From assembly GCF_009914755.1 (NCBI RefSeq), contig NC_060934.1: a stretch of 64,000 nucleotides of DNA. One strand, written 5' to 3'. The translations under genes were made by a program, and so were the position numbers. How positions within the stretch are numbered: position 1 is the first letter of the stretch; each line of letters begins with the position of its first letter. The stretch is from the human T2T-CHM13v2.0 reference genome, Homo sapiens. The notes under the pieces were generated by a model. The model was not told where the DNA came from. It searched no databases and worked only from the letters and a program-made list of their open reading frames with translations. Shown one piece after another: positions 1-14,966 of the stretch.

Positions 1-583
1 TTTAACCAGTACTCCTACAATCCTGATGTTGGTTACCCAGGACCTACCCTTTAGAAAATCCTGCAGGAGTGAAGGAACTGACAGAGGGACATTTGCCCAT
101 GAAAGCAGTCCATGGGGGCTGTCCCCATTGTTTCTTTAACTCAAGACAGCCTAACAATGATGTAAATCTTAAATACAAAGGTAGATGTTCACCTCTGCTT
201 TTTTTCCTCCTTTTCAAGGAACAGGGTGGGCTCACTGTGGTTCCAAGAAGACCTGGGAGGAGAGGCAGGTGTGTGGGTGGGAGAAGGCGGGAAGAGGGAG
301 GTTCACATCATTGGCCTCGCTTAGTTCTCTCAGCCCTCCTCCTCATCCCCACCCCCATCCCTCGGGGCAGGCAGCAGGGTGGATGGGGAAAAGCAGGGCT
401 GTGCCCTAGGCTGACCTATGAACTCTGCTCCCACTCCAAACAGCTGTGTCACCAGCAGGTCACCTACACTCAGCCTAGCTCCAGCAGCTATAAAACAGAG
501 GAAAACTACTGCAAAAGCAAAGCAGGAGAGGAGGGAAGTTGAATACCCTTGTACAACAAAACACTTAAAAACATCAGATAAAA

Positions 584-696
584 TACTTGAACCTGGGAGG
601 CAGAGATTGCCGTGAGCCGAGATGGTGTCACTGCACTCCAGCGCCTGGGTGACAGAGTAAGACGCTGTCTCAAAAAAAAAAAAAAAAAAAAAAAAA
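584..696 (+). mobile_element. Alu 3' fragment
   Basis: Right-arm end plus long A-tail. Confidence 0.85.
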
Positions 697-886
697 CCAT
701 ACATACACACTGGATAAAAGATGTTTCTCACACCTTTCTTTCCTCATCTGTAAAATGGGAGTATTAACATCACCTTTGTCATAGGGTTGTCATGGGGAAT
801 TAAATGAGTTAAAACCAGCAAACTGTTTACCACGATGCCTGGCATTTAATAAGGGCAAGTCCAAAAGATCAAAAATAGAGAATCTG

Positions 887-1088
887 AATCCCAGCACTTT
901 GGGAGACCGAAACAGGTGGATCACTTGAGGTCAGGAGTTGAGACCAGCCTGGGCAACATGGCGAAACCCCATCTCTGCTAAATATACAAAAATTAGCTGG
1001 GCATGGTGGCAGGTGCCCAGCTAATTTTTGGGGATAGCTGAGGCAGGAGAATCACTTGAACCTGAGAAGTGGAGGCTCTAATGAGCCA
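887..1088 (+). mobile_element. Truncated Alu with an internal inversion
   Basis: AATCCCAGCACTTTGGGAG...; lacks the normal 3' end. Confidence 0.85.
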
Positions 1089-1533
1089 AATCTACTACTT
1101 GATAATAAAAAATAATAAAATAATAAAAATCTACTACCTGATAAGACAACAAGCAGTTTAGTCTTTGCCTGGGCACTGAATTGTTAAAAAACAAAAATCT
1201 CCACTAAGATTCTGAAATCACAGACCTGTTAATACTTAGGATTTGAATATTCACAGCCCTTAATTCATATACAGAAGCCCTTAGGGCTGAGACATTAACA
1301 GAAGACGTGCTTCTAGGCTGGTCACACTCAGGCACCTGACCAAAGCAATCACGACCCCTCCAGAGGACACAGCCCTGCGACCCAGGATTACACAGATGAT
1401 AGTTCACCAGACAGGAGCACAGGGTCCAAATTATTATATTATATAAAGTCCACCCAGAATAACCTACTGTGAGCAAGAGTCAGCAGGAACAACAGACTGA
1501 AACCCTCAAGAATGTCCTGTTACAGAAAAAGCA

Positions 1534-2399
<866 letters not shown>

Positions 2400-3349
2400 C
2401 CAAAAATATAAGCAGTTAACATGTATTGAGTACCTGCTGTGTACTAGGTGCCTGGGGGCTCCCAGGGATGTGTGTAGTAGAGTCTCGGGCTTCAGGCCTT
2501 TTCAAATCCTGCTCCTCTGTGTCACGATTATTCTTTAAAAGCCAGTCCCCATGCACTCTGCAGAGCCAGGAGCCTAAGACCCGGAGAGGAGCGGGGTGCA
2601 GGGAAGCCTGGCCCCACAACCACAGGCTGGAGGGAAGGGTGGGGTCAGACTAAGGCCCCTCAGCGGTCCAGGACCCACGGAAACCCAGATGGAAAAGGGG
2701 CAGGGAAAGAGAGCCTGGCTCAGGGGAAGCAGACTACCTAAGGGGCAGTTTGCAACTCTGCATGCTCCTTAGAAACATCGAGAAGATGATGCTGAGGAGG
2801 GGTGAGAGACTGGGAGGAAAGCAGCTTCAACTCAAGCTGAGGGCCTCCCAGGGGCCAAATGGAAAGGAGCCCACGTCTCTGGGGATGGAGAAGCCTGGAG
2901 TGGAGTGAGAAAGGCTGGGATCCTCACCTCGAGTTACAGGAGGAAGCAGGCCTGGCTCCAGCTCTAGCCAGGGGTGCCCCAGGAGCACTGGGGGAGCATG
3001 TGAAGTGCTTACCAGGGTTACTTGCCTGAGTAAGGTGAGAGCAAGCCTGTAACTGAGCTCTTCCAGCCCAGTCTCTACAGGGGATCTCCCACTCTGCAGC
3101 AGCACCTGTGGCTCTGGAGCACCACCCTGGGAGGGAACCCAGCAGGACGGGAAAAGCCAGGGAAGCCTATGTCTCCTCCCAGGGGCCTTGGCTTTGAGAA
3201 TGAGCTACCCCTGAACTCTCATCTGTTGTCAAGATGTGTGTTTTATTTCCACAGTGGCAGGTGGTCCTTTCCCTAAAATCTGTTCCCTAATTTTAAGAGT
3301 AATACGTTCATTATAGAACATTTAGAAAATGCAAAATAGTATTTTCTAA

Positions 3350-4199
<850 letters not shown>

Positions 4200-5408
4200 T
4201 TATTTAAGCAATTTTCTGGTGCTGGATGTTTAGGATGCTTCAGATTGTTAGCTATTTTACATGAGAACCATATAGAGTTACTTTATGATTCAATTCAATT
4301 ACCACCTCTTCCAGAAAGCCTTCCTGGTCTACTTCAATACCCAGCAATATCTCCCACCTCTGAATTAGGACAACCTGTGTTCCATCTGACACACCTTAGC
4401 ATGGAGCCTGTGTGTCACTGTTCTCTGAAGACTGTCTTGTAGGTGGTGGGCTGGTCTCAGGTCCAGGACTCTACTACACACATTCCTGGGAGCCCCCAAG
4501 CAACTAGTATACAGCAGGTACTCAATACATGCTAACTGCTTAGACCCAGCCCCCTTAGAGTGTATAAGCCTGGTCAGCTCCATTTCCTAAGGGTCAGGAT
4601 TACAGGTGCCTACTATGGCCAGGTTGGAAATTTTGCTTCTTCTCTGGCCAATGCACAGATGCAAAGGATCCCTGTTATTCAACCACAACTTTAAGACCCA
4701 GTCCCCTCCACATGAAAGTCTTGAGCTTCAGGCAAGATCGCCATGGCTAAAGGCTCTCCCAACTTGACTAGAGCTTCACAGCAGTCATGACCCTGGCAAT
4801 CACCAAACATGTGCCCCCACCCCAGGGCTGCATGGTGGAGACAGGGCCCAGGCTCTGGTGTCAGAAATCAAGGTTCCAATCCCAGGCATGGCAGTGGTCT
4901 GGCAGGGTGGCCAAAGAACTGCTTGGGTTCCTTGGTGGGTATGGCTCCCAGGCAGTGCAGGGGAGCTGGTCGCAGCATGCCCTGCCCTAGCCGCCCTGCA
5001 CACTTCACCTGATGCAGGGTGCCCACTCTTCAGCTCACAGAAATGCCCACCTGCCCACTGGCCCACTTGACCTTGCAATCTCCAGTCCACAGAGGTTGAA
5101 GTTCAGGGGCTCCTCAACACAGCCTTCCAGGCTCTCCGCCTGCCAGGCACCATCCCTCACCACCTGCCCCAGTGCTGCTGTGGTAACTGGGCAGGGCCTC
5201 TCCTCCAACTCAGGCACACCCCTGCCACTGCCTGGAGTGCCTGTCTCCTCACCGCTGCCTCCTGAAACATCCTCTCTCAAACAGCACCCATCCCCTAAGC
5301 AGCTTCCCCGACGCCCCGGTGAGAATTGTTTTCCCTCCCCTGCGGCCTCTCCACTCTTGCCACATCTGAATGAAGTGGAGCTGCTGTGTCCCTATCCCCT
5401 GTGACGCC

Positions 5409-5712
<304 letters not shown>

Positions 5713-5889
5713 TGAAGCAGGGGTAGGTTACTCACCACAGACATCTGTCGATTTGCACTGAACCCTCCATTGGAAGGCAGTGAGAAGAACACCCAGCACA
5801 GACGTGGCTGGCTGACACCTGTAGAAGGTGCATTTGCTAGGGGAAGGGCTTAGGTCTCGCCACCAGCTTTTGGGAATGAGCAAAAATTA

Positions 5890-6120
5890 AAAATAATAGC
5901 TGCCATTTATTGAGCTCCCTATGTGCCAAACACCTTACAGACATTCCAATTACTCTTAACTACCTTGATGAGGTAGACACAATTACCATTCCCATTTTAT
6001 AGATGAAGAAACTGAGGCTCTGAGAGGTTAAGCAATCTGCTACAGTACCAGGTGAGTGGGTGGCAGAGTAGAGATTCAAATCCAGGCCCATGTGACTCAA
6101 AGCCTAGCTCTGAACCGCAG
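5890..6120 (-). mobile_element. MIR
   Basis: Core CCCATTTTATAGATGAAGAAACTGAGGCTCTGAGAGGTTAAG. Confidence 0.8.
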
Positions 6121-6615
6121 TCTCAGTGGTAGAGAGCCTTAAACAACCATATTACTGACCAGTACAGGATTCCGGAATTCCTTCACTGAGGGCTCACAGT
6201 CATCAGCTCACTAGCTTAAGGCTCCTTCCAAAGGCTTCCCTCCAACACCAATGACAATCTTCAGCGAGCCTGCTGATAGAGGAAATGCCTCTCGCCTTAG
6301 CTAAGCTCAGCAAACACTTCCACACGTTTACAAAGTGCCTGACACTGCGCTGGGCTCTGGGGCAGGGCAGGGGGAAGCAAACAACCACAGGGTCCCTGTG
6401 CTCTACAGATGCTGAAGGGGTGCTACAGAGGAGAAAGGGAGCAAAGGGTGGATGAGGGAAGGCGGAGGGCTTCCTGGAAGAGGCAGTGATCAAGCTCATC
6501 CTGAAGGCTGAGTGTCTCTCCACTTCCTGGACCACCTCTCTCTGCCTCTGACTGCCTTTCCAGTCTCTGTGACTTTGCTAAGGCAGTAACTACCATGGAA
6601 GGAAGCGCTCCTTTG

Positions 6616-6846
6616 TGAGACAGACAGACAGACAGACACACACACACACCCCTACCTGCCTGTGAAATTCCTCTCCATGTACCTAACTCCAATTCTGCCT
6701 GCCTATCTGCAAGATCATCCCCAAGGCAGGACTGTGCTCCAGGCCTCTACAGTGGTGCCTGCATTCCAGGGGTGACATACATGCACATACACACATGCAC
6801 ACAAACACACTCGGGCACATGCACGCACACACAGGCACACACACAG
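6616..6846. repeat. (CAGA)n/(CA)n and degenerate CA-rich tracts
   Basis: Direct inspection. Confidence 0.75.
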
Positions 6847-7512
6847 GTAACTGCACTGTATCCCCTGCTGCCCCTTGCACTTGGTGGACAGTCAATAAGT
6901 ATCTGCTGAATTCGATTAAATGGGATGGTTTGCCTAAATGCTTAGGAGTCTTGGGGTAATTGATGGAATAAAATGCCCTGGCCAATTCAAAGCAAAAAAA
7001 TATATAAGACACAATTCAAGAAAAATAGTGGAGTGTAAAGGGGTCTCCTAGCTGGGCAACCTCAAAGAAACCCATTTTGCCATCCCCTTTCTTCATGGGA
7101 TGACTGAGGCTAACCACGCCCAGCTGGCTTCATTCACCCCAGGGAGCCTGTGAAGATTCAACAAGATAACATTCAGGAGGCGCCCAGCACGGGGCCTGGC
7201 ACACAGATGCTACTTGGCCAGGACCAGCTCTGTATTTTCACCTGGTCCAAGGGCACACACACTCAGTCATCGGCAGTCAAAGGACAAGCAGGCAGGCGCC
7301 ATCACTCAGTGGTTTTCAAACCTCTTTGACCAGGACCCACAGTAAGAAATGTCTTACACAAATTACACACTGTTGCAATGAAAGTTCCACAAAACACTTA
7401 TTCTCAGGATGAGGTTGCACACTGACGCTTGTGTCTTTCATCTCTGTTTCATTTCTAAGCTGATCTCACAACTGCTTCCAGGGAAGTTGGGAAAAGCCCT
7501 GCCCTCACTCAC

Positions 7513-7594
7513 CCAGAGTGTCAGAGCCGCTCTCCACCGTCTCGTTGACCTTCCTTGCTACTCTGGCCACGGCCTCACCCATCTTCTTCAGCAT
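7513..7594 (-). CDS. LRRC20: LRRC20 first coding exon, coding part (MLKKMGEAVARVARKVNETVESGSDTL + 1 nt); remaining exons lie left of the window
   Basis: Reverse complement reads ATG CTG AAG AAG ATG GGT GAG...ACT CTG G|GTGAGT, matching the LRRC20 N-terminus as I recall it. Consensus donor at 7512-7507. Confidence 0.93.
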
Positions 7595-7657
7595 GCAGAC
7601 ACAGGTGTCCTGCCGCCAGCCCCCAGGCTGGTCTGCTTCTCACAAAAGGGCCTGAGC
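7595..7657 (-). other. LRRC20: 5'UTR part of the LRRC20 first coding exon (exon 7513-7657, 145 nt)
   Basis: Acceptor GCGTCTTCCCCAG| at 7670-7658, 63 nt upstream of the ATG. Confidence 0.8.
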
Positions 7658-8939
7658 CTGGGGAAGACGCAGTGCCATGAAGTGCCCGCCTGCCAGCCAG
7701 GGGCCCACCCAGGCATCCCCCTCCAGCATCCTTCTCCCCCAGGACCCAGGCTGTCAGGAAGCCTGCAGGGAGGGCCCCAGGCCACTCACCTCCTCTTGCA
7801 GGGCCGAGAGCTCAGGCCACATCCAGCTTGGCCTTTGCACAAGCTGGTCTGCCAGTCTGGCAGCTGGGTTCTACTGGTTTTCTGGGAGGATCAACATGTG
7901 TGACCTCACCAGACATGGGGACCAGGTCTGAGCCAGCAGCCAGGGAGGTGTGAGGACTCAGGGGTGTGCTGGCCTGTGATTCACTCTATAGGCAGGGCAT
8001 TGGGAAGGAGGTAGGGCGCAGCCAACTGCAGGAGAAAGACACCTGTCCCTCCATCCCACAGCCTCTAAGCTGGTCCCCTGTCCACACCCTGCCCAAGACA
8101 ATTTCCCCAGCTCCCCTGTTCACCCCACCCATATCTGCCTTGTGCATGGCAGGAAGTGGGGACACGAAGGCAAATCAGAGCCCTGTGATCCCATCAGAAC
8201 ACACGGACTGGCGGTGGGTGGTCTCTAAGAATTCCTTTCCCATGTGCCAACAGGAAGGAGAGGTTACAGTACTAGCCTGCAGACCTGATTATCAGCCTGA
8301 TGCTGAGTTTATCTGCAAGAAAAGCGGGCAGGGGCCGGGGGGTGGAGATGGAAATGAGAGAAGAGAAATTGGATCACTAGAGGAAAAGAGACTGAAAGAA
8401 AGGTGAGGAAAACAAAATGATAAGGTGTTAAGACATAAGGACTTGCAAACACCCTCAACTCCCTGTTTATTACAGAGAAGGAAATGAGCACAGAGAGGGG
8501 CTAGGTGACCTGGCCAAGGTCAAAGTGAGTAAGCGGCAAGAATAGGGTCAGCCCAGCTCCACAGCCAGTGCTCACTTTTTTATAAAAATAGCAGCACCCC
8601 ATAGAGAGAGGAATGAGCTCAAGTCCAAGGTCAGCACCCCTTCTTTGCCCCCAGACCCCAGTCCCAGCTTCACAGACAGCTCAAGAAGCTCCAGTGAACT
8701 CACTCCAAGGGCCAAAGGCAGAAGAAGGCGAAGGGCAGAGAGAAGGGGCATGGGGACAGTGCTAAGAGCTAACAGTCACCAAGAAAAAGTTCCCACGTGG
8801 TCAACTGGACAAGCAGGGCAGGCAAGGCCAAGCCAGGGCTGGCCAAGCCCACCCATCTGCTTCAGGGAGTTACTGTGAGTTTAGTATGTGTGTGCATTTC
8901 CACTAAAGAGGCTGACACTAAAGGTTTGAGACACACACA

Positions 8940-9170
8940 TACAGAACAGTGGGAAAACACTGATTTTGGAGACAGGTCAAATGCTCAACACCCCCATTTA
9001 TTGGCTGAGAGGCCTTGGGAGAGTTTCTTAACTCCTCTGAGCCTGTTTCTTCTTCATGTGAATAGGAGATCTAGTAATACCCAACTTGCTAGGTTAATAT
9101 GAGGATTGAACAAAATGTATACACCTGTCTAGCTCAGAGCCCAGGACACGTAAATACTCAATAAAAGTTA
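8940..9170 (+). mobile_element. MIR
   Basis: Core CTCTGAGCCTGTTTCTTCTTCATGTGAATAGGAG; 3' end AAATACTCAATAAA. Confidence 0.65.
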
Positions 9171-9417
9171 AGAGGATAAAGCAGTGCATATGTGGATGTA
9201 ACAGCAGCATATAACCCCAGTTTAATACTCATGTGAGTCTGAACAAAACACTGAGGGAACTCATCTTTGAGGAATGAGTGGAATTTCTATCTGTCCACCT
9301 CCAGGAAATCTCCTCTTATTGCCTCAGTGTTCTCTCCTTCCTCTGAGTTTCAGTAGCACTTAATGACTTAGCACAAGTCACCTGGATTATTTATGAGCTT
9401 TTAAATATACACTTGTC

Positions 9418-10115
<698 letters not shown>

Positions 10116-10851
10116 TTAGTTAGTATCCCCTAATGGTGAAGATCAACAGACATCATTTGTGTTTCCAATCTGAATACAGGTCAAGAGACTCTTACAACAA
10201 ATCTAAGACACTGTCTAAATTGAGAAGGGTCAAAAACCAAATGCCTAATAGTGCCAGGTGGCCAATCTGCATAAGGCGAGCCAGTGCAGGGCAGAAGGGA
10301 ATAGAAAGGACTGTGGCAAACTGGACCCAACAACTTCACCATGCTGCCTCGAAGACCGTACCCCTAAGCCTAAATCATAGCCATGTTGCTAGCATCTTGG
10401 TGACTTGTTCTAACCACTTTATGAATGGGAAAGCTGAGGACCCAAGAGGGGAGGCAAATCAGCTAGATGAAAACAAAAAACCCAGGTATCCTAAGTCCAA
10501 GCCTAGGACTCTTCCCACCATTCCATGCTCCCTCCTTTCTCCATCTCCAATTCATCATCAATAATCATAAACATTTACTGAGCATCTCCTAGGTATGAGG
10601 GATAAGAAGGAAGAGGGAGAAAGAAATGCAGGAAGCAGCTCCGACTTGCGATTCTGATGAGGAAGAGCTTTCTGAAGAACAGCACTGAAGCAATCCTGGC
10701 CTCACAGCAGAGAGGGAAAGGAAGGGAAGCCACCAAGCTGCCCAGGGTAGGGGGTAGGCCTGGTGGGATCACCTGGGCTGAATACTTTCAATCAGGCACT
10801 ATGCCTGCAATTCTACTAGCTACCACCAGATGGGGAGGTGGTGCCTTAGAC

Positions 10852-11159
10852 CAGCGGTCCCCATCCTTTTCGGTTTCCTGGAAGACAATTTTTCCCACTG
10901 TAGTGGGAGAGGAATGAAACTATTCCACCTCACATCATCAGGCATTAGATTCTCCATAAGGAGCACACAACCTAGATCCATCGCATTCGCAGTTCGCAAT
11001 AGGGTTCAGGCTCCTAGGAGAATCTAATGCGGCCGCTGGTCTGACAGGACGCAGAGTTCAGGCGGTAATGCTTACTGGTGCTCACCTCCTGCTGTGCAGC
11101 CGGGTTCCTCACAAGCCACGGACCTATGCCATCCACAGCCCAGGGGTTGAGGACCCTTG
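10852..11159. mobile_element. MER1B-like hAT-Charlie element
   Basis: TIRs CAGCGGTCCCCA...TGAGGACCCTTG; 8-bp TSD CCTTAGAC at 10844-10851 and 11160-11167. Confidence 0.8.
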
Positions 11160-12639
11160 CCTTAGACCACTGATGAAAACTAGTCAGATTAAAAATTTCA
11201 CCACTGGTGGCAAGTTCAGACGTCCTATTGTGTGGGTCAGAGTGTACACAGGTACAGGAACAGAAACAACATGTAAAGTCTAGGTGTCAGGGCAATTCAG
11301 TAGGAAGAAGGGCCCCTTCCTTCTATGCCAGAGGATGGAGGATGCTCTGAGTACAGCAAAAATGTGCTCGGGACCCCCAAAAGGTTCCCGCTGCTTAAAA
11401 TCACCACGCTTATTAACTAGCTAGGAAGCCATCCTCCCTTCACCTAAAACTGCCCCTTTCTCCACAAGGAAGAATTGTTTCATGAAGTCCAGCTGACAGG
11501 CCTGAGCTCCTCAGGGTACCTGGTCAATGCCATCTGCAGGGATGGTGGTAGTGGAGAGTCACAGAGTGTTCCAAAAGGCAGAAACAGACACCATCAGCCC
11601 ACATGGGCCAGATCGCCGCTTGGGGCACCCCAGCCAGCTGGCACTACTGGCCCCAGCCAGTCCCAGGCAATAGAGGGTAGGCCTTAGAAAATGTCAAGGA
11701 AAGCACTCCAAATCCCAGAGACACTTCAGCACAGGGTCGAAGCTCATACTCACACTGCCTACATCCTCAAAGCATGGCCCTCTCCACACACCCTCAACCC
11801 CATTCCTCAGAGTGAGCATCCTGGTCCGGTGAAATGTTTAAATCCAGCAAACGTCTCCTGGACACCTTCCATAAGGCCCCCACTGTGGGAGTAAAGGGGC
11901 AGAGACTGGGTATGGGCTAGAACAAGCTTCCCACTGGGAGGCAGGATGAGCCTGATAGTAGTAAGGCTACAGGGCCAGGCCTAGGGGGGCATGAAGGCAC
12001 ATGGCATGGCCAGGGGGAAGGGACAGGGGTGAGCAGCAGGTGCACAAAGAGATTCAGGAGAGAGAGAGACAGGGAGCCAATGGGCTCCCAGATTACTGAG
12101 GAAGGGAACTGCAGCCCTCTTACAAGGCTGTCCTCTGCTTCTGTGTAGCGAACTAAGAGAAGTTTTTTGAGGAAGGCAGCCTAATCCATAGTTTTGCAAA
12201 GTTAACAGTGTTGTGAGCAGTCCCATTTGTAAAATGGAAATACCACCTTCCTCACCGGATTATTGTGGGAAGTAACTGATATGTAACTTTTGGGAAAGGA
12301 CTTTGCGAACCATTACATGTTTCCCACACCAAGGCATTACCAGTAGGTAATCAAACAGGTGTAGAGAGGAAGTTTGGATGTAATAAATTCAATGCCAGAC
12401 AAAAACGTTGTCCTGCTTTGGGGGAGCTGGCAATACAGCCCTCCTGTCCCTATAACCTGGTTTCACCTGGACTCAGGCTGGCTGGGGGAGGGGTGATTTT
12501 TGCTTAAACCCTGACCTGGCCCCCTGACTCCAGCCCTTACCATCAATAACTCTACCTTATCTGCAGTCCGGAGACCTCTGCAAAGGAGCCGCTGCGACAG
12601 CCCGTCCCCACCATCTGCTCCTATATTTAGTTACTGGTG

Positions 12640-13960
12640 TTGTCAGTTGGGAACGTTAGAGCCTGGCAGGGGCTCGGATGGGCAACCGGAGCCTCCGGAG
12701 CCATGTGTGCAAGCTGGCCCTACCGCTGGCTCCAGCCCGGGCTCTGGACCATGCCAAGCCGGGGAGCGGGTGGGGAGGTGAGGAGCGACCCAAATAGTCC
12801 CAAACCCCCCTTCAGATCAGAACGAAGTTGACCCACTTCCCCACCCCAGGGAAAGAAGCCCGCTGGGACGTGAGCGGGACCTGCTGGCGCCTTGTTTTTG
12901 TGGCATGGGGTTCGGGAAGCTCAGCGCGTGCTCCCTCGCTAACATCTAGGCATCCTCGGACTGAGCCTCCAGCACTACGCGCGGTAGCCAGGCAAGGGTC
13001 CCCCAGCCCCGCGTGCCAGGATCCGCCTCACCCCCGGTGCCTGCAGCCAATGGCACCTCGTCCGCTGGCCCGGCAGGCGGGGACTGGGAGAATAAAGCTG
13101 GCAGAGGGAAGAATGGTAGTGATCGCAGAGGCCCCGGGGCTCCCACGCTGCCCGGAGGCCGAGAGGCACGCTCTGGAGCAGGCGTCTGCAGCTCCCCAGA
13201 GCGGAAGCAAACCCCGAAAGTGTCGCTTCGGGGACGAAATGCACAGCAGCCTCTCCAAGCAAGGGCGCCTCCCGCGAGGAATGGAGGCCCGCCTGGGAGC
13301 GGTTCTCCGAGCTCCCTATTCCCTGGCACCTCTGCACCCACTCCCCTGAACCATCGGGGTCCAGGTGCAGTGAGCAAGCAAGAGCCCGCGCATGCCGAGC
13401 CCCTTGGCACCGCCAGAGCCTCCGCTGGTGCACCGCTGCTCTTTTCCACCGGGTGACCTGGGGGAGGGGAGGGGACGCTGCAAAAATCGGAACACTTCTC
13501 GCCCTCTCTCCCCCAGCCCCTGCAACGCTTGACCTCGGACTACATTTACTTTGCGGGGCAAGAAGCGTGTGGTCCCGCTCCGGGCCGCTTTTGGCTCCAC
13601 TTACGGCGACAATGCCTCCTAGCGCCCTGCGCAGCGCAGTCACGCTCCCTCCGCCGCCGGCGGCGCCCCTGGCGAGTTCCGAGCCGGCGGGGCGGGGCGC
13701 GCGGGGCTGCGGGATCTGCGCGCGCGGCCACTCCGCCAATCCCGGCGCCAGGACCGGCGCCGCGGCGGGAGCAGGCTGGGCTCGGGATGCGCTCAGCCAA
13801 TCAGCGGGGGAGCGGCGCGCGCGGGGGTGGCGCGCGGAAGGGCAGCCCGCGCGCTCCCGGCCGCAGGGAGTAACCGCTTTGTGTGCTGCTTCTAGAGGGA
13901 GAACGCCTGAGGGGGCGGAGATACAGAGTGGGACGCGCAGTACATCCCAGGATCTCTAGG
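12640..13960. promoter_or_regulatory. LRRC20: CpG island / TATA-less promoter of LRRC20
   Basis: Very high GC and CpG density; GC box GGGGCGGGGC at ~13689; CCAAT boxes at 13047, 13736 and 13797. Confidence 0.88.
13605..13710 (-). other. LRRC20: Probable non-coding exon 1 of LRRC20 (5' end approximate)
   Basis: Donor GCC|GTAAGT at 13604-13599 inside the CpG island, just downstream (minus sense) of GC and CCAAT boxes. Confidence 0.65.
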
Positions 13961-14165
13961 ACCGGGGCTCCAGATTGGGTTTTCTCGAGGGAATGGAGTT
14001 GAATTAGCCAGATCAGGGATACTTTGAAACACGTGAACATGGAGCATAGGGAAATTTTCCTATGATGACTTCGGGTGCCCATTGAGGTTTTTAGTATATG
14101 CAAGGCCCTGTGTCTCGGCCCTGCGTCTCCAATCCTAATGTTCTCATCTATAAAATATGACTTGA

Positions 14166-14458
14166 GGGCGGGGCGCGGCGACTCACGCCTGTAATCCCAG
14201 CACTTTGGGAGGCCGAGGTAGACGGATCACCTGAGGTCGGGAGTTCGAGACCAGCCTGGCCAACATGGCAAAACCCCCGTCTCTACTAAAAATACAAAAA
14301 TTAGCCGAGTGTGGTGGCAGGCGCCTGTAGCCGCAGCTACTCGGGATGCTGAGGCAGGAGAATCGCTTGAACCCGGGAGGCGGAGGTTGCAGTGAGCCGA
14401 GATGGGCACTCCAACCTGAGTGGACAGAGTGAGACTCTGTCTCAAAGAAAAAAAAAAA
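14166..14458 (+). mobile_element. CpG-rich AluS next to the LRRC20 CpG island
   Basis: Alu consensus with many CpGs retained. Confidence 0.9.
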
Positions 14459-14529
14459 GAATATTTAATTCCGCCTCTAGGGGGTCTAGGCAGTCAAAGA
14501 ATACACATTCCCTTGGGCCTCGATGGATG

Positions 14530-14966
14530 TTAAGGGTTACTTATGCCCTCTCCACCCCCAACAATATGTTAAAGTTCATCAGAATGTGATCTTATTTGGA
14601 AGTAGGGCCGTTGCAGATGTAATGAGTTAAGGTCATGCTGGAGTAGGGCGGGCCCCTAATCCACTGAGACTGGTGTCGTTGTAAGAGAAGAGACACAGAA
14701 GAGACGCACAGGGAGAACCACCTGTGGTGATGGCGGCAGGGATCAGCTGATGCATTTCCAAGGCCAGGAGTGCCAAGCACTGCCAGCAGGGACCAGAAGC
14801 TAGGAACGGGCAGGGAATAATTCCTCCTTCAGAGCCTCCAAAAAGGAACTAACCCTCCAGACACCTTGATTTTGGACTTAATAGCTTCCAGAGCTGTAAG
14901 TGAATAAATTTCTGTTGCCACCCAGTTTATGTCCATTTGTTATAGCAGCCCTAGGAAAAAACTACA
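14530..14966 (+). mobile_element. MaLR LTR (MLT1B/C-like)
   Basis: CAGAATGTGATCTTATTTGGAAGTAGGG...AATAAATTTCTGTTG...GCAGCCCTAGGAAA. Confidence 0.75.

Noticed and set aside
10822-10836. CTCF-like motif CCACCAGATGGGG (also GCCTCTAGGGGGT near 14473)
   Set aside because: Both miss the conserved C of the GGC core; too weak without ChIP data
12828-13959. Several 150-250 aa ORFs on both strands (e.g. 12975-13739)
   Set aside because: Stop-poor GC-rich CpG island; Ala/Arg/Pro/Gly low-complexity translations with no recognisable domain
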